From positions 1,116,001 through 1,180,000 of the forward strand of contig NC_047030.1 of assembly GCF_902652985.1 (NCBI RefSeq): 64,000 nt of DNA, read 5' to 3'. Position 1 is the first letter of the stretch. Every line of letters begins with the position of its first letter. A program made the position numbers and the translations under genes. The notes beneath the pieces were generated by a model. That model made no database searches and was not told the DNA's origin. It saw only the letters and a program-made list of their open reading frames with translations. The stretch comes from Pecten maximus (taxonomy: Eukaryota). Below are positions 52,401 through 61,400 of this stretch, one piece after another.

Positions 52401-55400
52401 ACCGTGTAAATGTGATACCACAGGGCCTTGGCATACCATGGTCTTTATACTAGAGGACTATAACTCCCGTGTAAATGTGATACCACAGGGCCTTGACATA
52501 CCGTGGTCTTTATACTAGAGGTCTATAACTCCCGTGTAAATGTGATACCACAGGACCTTAGCATACCATGGTCTTTATACTAGAGGACGATAGTTCCTGT
52601 GTAAATGAGATCCCACAGGGCCTTGACATACCGGTCTTTATATGTATATCAAATGTACCATAATGTATAGAGACCACAGGTTGGAGTTTGTGCCAAATTC
52701 ATACGGGTTATACTATATGTTTATCGTTTCAATTTCTAACCAGAATTTAGCCATTTATTTACTGGTATTTAATCACTGAATGTTATTGATTTTCGATTTC
52801 ATAATTAAAGGCACATAGTGATATACAACATTAAAGTGTTAGATCACAAGATCAATTGTATGTTTTCAATAAATAAGTCTGAAAGTTTGTTATAGTTACA
52901 CGTAGCTATGAATTCGTATCGGTCCATCGACACTATATAGGTATTTGGACCGAAATGAGCGAGCGAGACAGTTCAAATTATAATCACACCTTCTTATTAT
53001 TTACTAATTAATTATTGAATTACTGTGTCTCAGATTACCTTTATTTGGTTTATGTTAAATGTGAATGTTATGTTGCAGTTTATAGAAACAAATATTGATG
53101 GTCCTGTTAAGTCTCTGTTATCTTAAGTAAGAGCTACTTTCTCATCGATTTTCTGTAATTTAATAATTGTATTCGAATACTCATTGTAGTACATCGTTAG
53201 CTATCGGATATCCATTACAAAACAGTGCCTGCCCGAATTTTCATTATCACTGTTAGCCATGCTTTTAGAAACACGTGTGTAAGATTCATCTCATCCTAAT
53301 ACACAATATTTTAGCATATGCTCATATACAAATGTATATATTTCCAAAATGAATTGACAGGGTTTTCGAAAAGTACATCTCTAGCTTTCGTTAAGTTTAT
53401 TATCATTTGTATGCGATGATTCCAGAAACAAACTTCAAATGTTCATCTTGTATTAGAAACATCATCTTACTGAAGTGCATGCTATATATTATATTCCTAA
53501 TAAACTGAGAGGGTTTTGGAGAAGTAAATCTCTGGCTGAATGTAATGTCATTTTCATTGCTACATGTTATATTCTATCAAATATTTTTATGTATATTTCA
53601 GAATAAATTAAGAGGATTTTGGAAGAGTACAAACAAGAAAAATCGAAAACTCTTGGTGCGAGGAAGACTACGTCTGCGACTTACATCAAAAGGGGGCACT
53701 AGCATTATCGGCTACATAAAACCGGTGTTCACGTGTGGCTGTGAGTATAGCGGTGTGGTGTAGCAGAATGTGTGGGGTCTGCCGTGAGATATCGAAAGCC
53801 TAGTTAAACTCTTCTTTCCGTCAATGTTGCCACTGGTTAGCGAGTGCATTTTATGTGCATTTTATTGCGTTAACTCAGTAAGTTGCGATCTATCCAATTA
53901 TTTCATTCTAAGCAATTAAAACTGCCATGTTCGTAATAGGATCTTTAAACATTTGTATAAGTAAGTTCGTACATTAGAGGTAATATTTAATAAAGAACAA
54001 ACAGTTTTAAATACATTCAAAGTTTTTCTAATTATGCAAAGAATAAGTTGTTCTCCTCTTAATTTAGTACACAACATGTGACAGATACGTACTATATTAT
54101 AATTGTTAACACACTTAACACACTTTACTATAATTACTTGATCATTAAGCAGTAGATATATAAAAGATGCAATCACTCATTTAGAAATAGCATCATTTCA
54201 GCGCCGTGCTGACCTACGCCACATCGACGCTTTGCACGTCGTCTCTGATACCACATATTTTAGCTGTATGTCAATCGTTTAGATGATTATGTTTTTGGAA
54301 GCTAATGTTTTCATACCATCGCGGAAACAACGCATATAATTATCAAAAAGGAAAGCAAAAGTCAAATAATATGAAACTTCAGCAGAATAATACGAAACTT
54401 TCAAGCAATCTTGCGAAACCAATTTCTTAAAAGGCGAATTATATTCCAAATAGTGGTAAAATTGTGCATGAATTTTTCGAAACTAACGCATAATAATGAG
54501 AAATCAGTACCAAAGAGATCAAAGCAAATCGTAACGTCGATTATGAGCACGGCCTTTTTACCTTGGCAATGTTTAAGTCAGAAAGTTGAAAAAAAAAAAT
54601 CAAACTACATTTACTCTTATGCATCATATGTAATCAGAAGCGAAATTTCGTTTTCATTTTACTATATATTCTTACATTAACGCAGAAAGAAAATATGTTC
54701 AATCATAACTGGCATTTCGGTATAATCTCGAGTATGCTCTCCTCTGATCTGTTATTTGTAAAGCATTTAGAACTTAAACTCCACTACTAAGATATATCGC
54801 ATACCTTGCTATAACTGAGCATTTACCTGAAAGACGTGCCCCGTTTGATGTCTGTTAATATACGACTGTAAATTTAATTTTTGATACCACTTAATACCTT
54901 GACAGTTTGATGAATGGAATATTATGATAATGCAAGTTTCCAGTTTTTTTATAACTTCGTTAAAAAAAGTAAATACTCTTTCTTAACTGGAGTTTTTGTA
55001 AAGTCCATATAAATTTGGGATGAGATATACACTGGGGCTGCGATAGGTTGATCGGCTGTAAATCGACCGACTGCAATCTCAGGTGGAGATCAGAGATGAA
55101 CGGTTCGATCCTTGTCGGTTATTGTCAGCAACTGGAGCAACGGACCGCCATGTGCGTTCATGGCTGTGTCCCGAGCCACTTCACCTCATTCGCTCTGGTT
55201 AACATTGACTGATCTCCAGTATGATATTCTTCGACTCAGAATGACTGTAAATGAACAAAACCTCACCATAAAACATATACGTGGCGAAATCATACTCTTA
55301 CAACACATACCATTGTTTTAATGCCATTGTCCTCGAACTCAAACAAATGTTGTATGACTAGGTTTTCATTATTTCATTTTATTGTTATCAAAACTTATGA

Positions 55401-58400
55401 ATTCAAACATTGGAATTATCAAAAAAATAAATTATCATGAAGACAAATACAGAAGATGTATGGCATTATAGACGTACGTTTGGAGGAGTAAAGATATGTG
55501 AAATTAAAGCATTCTCATAGGAATTTACATATTTTGATCAATTTCATTTATATTATTTCAAAATAACTACATATGTCTTATGATTTGTATAAAGACGTTG
55601 ATTCTTCCTAAAACTCTTTTGTCGCGTATTCAGCCTACCAAGCTGTACTGTCGACTGGAGGATCACTTTATGGCAGACAAGGACCTTTGGCAAGTGCCGG
55701 ATCTGCTGTGTTTGACGTCCACGATAACGGAGATGTAGATTACAAGGTACATATCACTGATGTGCATTACAAGGTACCTATCACTGATGTAGATTACAAG
55801 GTACATATCACTGATGTAGATTACAAGGTACATATCAATGATGTAGATTACAAGGTATATATCAATGATGTAGATTACAATGTACATATCACTAATGTAG
55901 ATTACAAGGTACATATCATTGAAGTAGATTACAAGGTACATATCACTGATGTGCATTACAAGGTACATATCATTGATGTAGATTACAAGGTACATATCAC
56001 TGATGTAAATTACAAAGTACATATCACTGATGTACATTAAAAAGTACATATCACTGATGTACATATCACTGATGTACATCACAAGGTACACATCACTGAT
56101 GTTCATTACAAGGTACATATCACTAATGTACATATCACTGATGTTCATTACAAGGTACATATCACTAATGTACATATCAGTGATGTTCATCACAAGGTAC
56201 ATATTACTGATGTTCATTACAAGGTACATATCACTAATGTACATATCACTGATGTTCATTACAAGGTACATATCACTGATGTACATATCACTGATGTACA
56301 TAACAAGGTACATATCACTGCTGTTCATAACAAGGTACATATCACTGATGTACATGTACATAACAATGCATATATCACTGATGTCGATGACAAAGTACAA
56401 ATCACTTGTGTAAATTGCAATGTACATATCACTGATGAGGACTACAATGTGCATATCAATAATGTACACTACAAAGTACACATCAGTAATTTAGATGACA
56501 CAGTACATATCACTGATGAAGATTACAAAGTACAAATCACTGATGTAGATTACAATGTTCATATCACTGATGTACACTACAAGGTACCTATCACCTGATG
56601 TAGATTACAATGTAAATATCACTGGTGTAGATTGCAATGTAATATCAATAATGTACACTACAAAGTACCTATCACCTGATGTACACTACAAGGTACATAT
56701 CACTGATGTAGATTACAATGTTCATATAACTGATGTAGATTACAATGTTCATATCACTGATGTACACTACAAGGTGCATATCACTAATTTAGATTCCAAG
56801 ATGCATATCGCCGATGTAAATTACAATGTACATATCAATGATGTAGAATTATGCACTAAAATTTTGTATTGCAGATAAGATTGTTCAACATGCAGAATAT
56901 GGTTACAAGTATTAGTGTCGATACTTCAACAAAGTCCGGATCTCGAAATAATCGAATGAGAGATGTCATCCGGACGTACGTGAGAAACGGAACGTCGTAT
57001 GACGGTATGGTATGTAACAAATACAAGAGGATGCCATTGTGTAAAGGAAACCGTAATTTTAACTTAAAGTCCAGAAAATGGGTGGTAATTATTTATCACA
57101 TCTAGAAATGAGGGGAAATTATTATCAAAAGATAGATTAATGAGGATTCACCATTGAAAATATCCCATGAGAGTATGAGTAGGTGTTCAGAAGGTTAAGT
57201 GTTCTCTCATGCAACAACACCAACCATTTAAATAGAAGATATATCCAGGAATTAATACAGTCGGTTAATTGATGTGTCTGTCCGTAATAATAGTTCATAA
57301 AATTACCTTAGCTGTTAATAGGACGTTAAACAAAATAAACCAAACCAAACCAAAGTTCATATACATCAAATACAATTGTATGATAGTCTCGTCGATGACC
57401 ATCTTTATCAAGTTTGACACATTTGTTATTTATTGATTAAACATATTACTTTTTGTAATGTGAATGTATTTATATTACTTAACATGTAAATTACTTGCAT
57501 TTTTTGTCCCTTAGGCGACCGGTAAGCTTTCAAAGCTGAGGGCGAAAGATATAGCTTTGTTACAAGCTGGGAGATTGCATGTCAACGTGGCGACAATTGC
57601 CAACAGGATTAGTGTTTTACGGGGGAGTATAGAACGGCTGGATTACCTCAGTCATGTTGATATATTTCAAGGTAAACTATTTATATATTACATCACCACT
57701 ATCCAGTCCTGTATGTGTGCGGTATAATCGTTTATGAAGCACTTAAAATTAGAACGTTTTCTAGAATATAAATATTTTTTCCTTTTTCAATGGGATTTGA
57801 TATACATTTGTATACATTCACGTATTTCTACATCAAAATAGAAAGCCACCGTATAAATAAGCAGAGCCTAAACTAATTTGGACATTCATTGAACTGTAAC
57901 AGAAAAGTCTTCTTTAGTAAACAGTATGTAAGTTGTGTTGTAAATTCCAAATGAAACATGGTGTGGGTTTGTTAACAAAACGGATGAAACATAAACTATA
58001 CCATAAATACTACCCCTAATGTAAATATAACGCGAATATCAGCGTCCCTGTCATAGTCCTTAACAATCAAAACTTAAATGTCTTTCGCCAGCTTGTTAAC
58101 AATGAACGTCTGTAATTGGTCTCTACTTAACGTAGGATGTCCAATATACACCATGGTGGTATAGCATAATCAGATGTAAAGTTAAATAAGTTATAGATCA
58201 ACAATATCAATTGTTTAAACATACATGCTTTTTAATGTCCAAAAACGATATATGGATGAGACAAAAAATCCTTATAACTCACGATCACTTTTTCCATCAA
58301 CCGTATGCTGAAGGTAATTAAAATTGAATCTTAATATCCACTTCCTTTTCACAAAACAAATAACCATCACGTCACCTGGCGTTCAATAGGGTAGTGATTG

Positions 58401-61400
58401 TAACGAAAGTTCAGACAACGATATTTATCGAATTTCGGAGACATTCCATTTTCCGAAGGCACATATATCAATAAATGTATGATACAACAAATCAAAGAAG
58501 TTAGACTCTTTCTCTAAGAAAAAACCGTGTTGAAGGATTGTACGACGGGCACATAAACGAATAGTGACTATAGATATGAGTCCAGGTAGAGTCGTGTGTC
58601 TAACTGGAAACCGACGAAATGAGATAATCAATCTGTAGGTGATCTACCAGAATTCATATGCACATCTTAAAATGAATGGTTTTACCTGTGTTTTATCGCC
58701 ACAATGCGATGGTATAGTGAACAAAGTCAAATTAAATCACTAAAGGAACACGCCGAAATTGTTCGTCTCTGATAAAAAAAATCGAACTCAGTTATGAAGG
58801 TCTACTGACCAAGAAAAATAAGTTAAGAGAAATGGTGTATTCTCCACATTCTAAATGAGTTCTGTGAAACAAGCGACGTGACTAGGGCGTAATGTACAAA
58901 CACGACGTCATTTGTATGATGTATGAATGGTAGGTCAACTGTGACGGCGGCCAATTTGAATATACAATGCATAATATGCATGTCCAATATCTTTTTATGT
59001 AACGGTAGCATTGCACATCAGATGGTAGAGGTCTATATAATACAAGAAATATCTTTAAAAAAGATAAACGGCATAGTTTTAGTTGTGGTGGTTATAATGT
59101 AAAGCACGGATAAAATAAGAAATTATCTCAGTTTGAATCATATTTGGTGATAATAAGACTGCATTTGAATCAGGAATATAATAATATTAATGTGTCATTT
59201 GAAAAGATACATCCGCTTATTCAGCTTGCATTCAATCTTAACTTTGTTTCTTTTTTAACTGCATATCTGCATTTTGTATTTACCGCTACATTGACCAATC
59301 ACATACTTCATCGTGACCAGTAACGCCACCTGTCGCGTCATATCCGGGGCCAAAAGAATATTATACGGCTGATTTATATTGTCTTGAATTGAGTATGTCC
59401 GTTCAGGTACAGTGCAGTATACCTATTGCGTAAACGTTTTAGTCACAAGGTGGTGTGTGTTAGGTATCGACATTTATGATATATGTATTGCCCAGGTGCG
59501 TACAGGGAAAATGCTTCACATCTACAGAACAAGAATTTCGGAACTTTATAAAATCACGAAAACTAGCTCGTGCCATTCTCATAATATAAATACCATTGTG
59601 TGTTTTAGATTCTGATTCTGATTATATTTGTGTAATTGATAATATATATTGACTGGATTAGCTATGAAAGTACATTCACATATGGCACTCATTATAACTA
59701 TGAATGCAGAATGTTCTTTCAACTCTATGTAATCCCAAACGCACATGACGAAACTATTGCTGAAATGGTGAATTAATTCATGCAACCATCTGCAATAGGG
59801 TTTCCCGGGGACACATTCGCAATGCGACGAGTTTGATGGGAACGTTTTTCCGACCCACCTATGTCATTTCGACCATATCTTTTATATTAACTTTACGGGT
59901 ATACATAAGGTCGTTCTTACTGAAATCACAAATGTAACTATAATAAAAATATATAACAAACCATAATCATTGGCCTAATTACCTACAATATAAGTATTCA
60001 GTTATACAGTCACACCTGTCTACCAAGCTAGATTGAAAATATCTTGGAGCACATTTTAGACAAGATTTTGGATTAATATGGGGTCAGATATGACTGGTTT
60101 ATTGGATATAACGATACGAGTGCGAATATTTTTCATTTGACTTTCATTAAAAAAACTTTTTTTTATTTCATCAAAATGAATATATGGATTATTTGGATAA
60201 ACTTATCTAAAGAACGCGTTTTATTTGGGGATCTAAATACTGTGAACAATATAAAATTATATCGTATCATTGATAACCAATTACCATCTTGATCGCGTAA
60301 TTATGGAATATCTCGAACATCTGTCCATCACATGAAAACAATAAATTTACCGATGTGAACAAAACTATATTTCAGATTCTTCAAAACAATATTGAAGATT
60401 TTATTGTTAACGTCTGATAAATGTACCGGTATCAACACGTTTACATTATTGTTTTACAGATCCTCCAACTATGCTAATGTCCTCTAAAGCGTCCCCTACC
60501 GGCGTGGCGGGTCATACCTGGATATCTGTGGGAGATAACTGTGTGTTACACTACCAGATAGTGTTGTCAGGCTGGCGAGGCCAGGACGAGGATCTCACAG
60601 CACTCATCACAGGGGACTATGACACCACAGTTAGTACTAACGCTATCTACACTATCATCATCACGGACTTCCACGACGGCAAGGTAAAACATTCTATTTT
60701 TATACCAACACTGATTGGTTGAATGGTATTCATGAGGCCAATGGACATCGGCCGACAGTAAACGACTTTAGTGTCAAACAAAGTATTGCCATGTTGATAT
60801 TCTATTTTAAGACGAATTGTAAATGGTCGAATGGTGGCCTTAGAATATTTTTTGTGGAATTTCAAAGTGAAACTGTATTTATGTCTTGGAGGACGACCTT
60901 TTTATTTCACGTGTATATTGATAGTATGACAATATGACTTATAACTACGAAAATTATTGTTAGATCCGTCTAATACAGGCAGACATTAAAAGGAAGGATG
61001 ATATGGGCGTAGCCGATCCCTTCTTTTCAGATTCATATAAATGAATCATTTAGATATATTTTGTAGAATTGAATTTTGTCACACCTTTGGGCCGTTTTGA
61101 ATATATTGACCTCGTCTCCTATAATATACACTATGTAACGCGTCTACAATTTCTTGCAATATATTGCGTAATTTGAGTATTCCATCCATACATGCATTTA
61201 CACTCCTCAGCTTACAAGGATAGCATATTCGCTGACCAGTGAGAGTCAATCTCAAGATACCTCCTCTCAGTCTCGGGCTAATAGTTTAAAGAATGCCCCT
61301 CCTCCAGCATATCCTATTGGATACTTGAAAGAGGGGATTTCTTTGCTCCATTATTCATATAACGGGACATTCCTTCGTTCGCACATCACAAACATGCATA

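Noticed and set aside
55663-56878. ORFs of 272, 127 and 107 aa
   Set aside because: Products of the 27-bp minisatellite. Only the + frame continuing the chordin exon is potentially meaningful.
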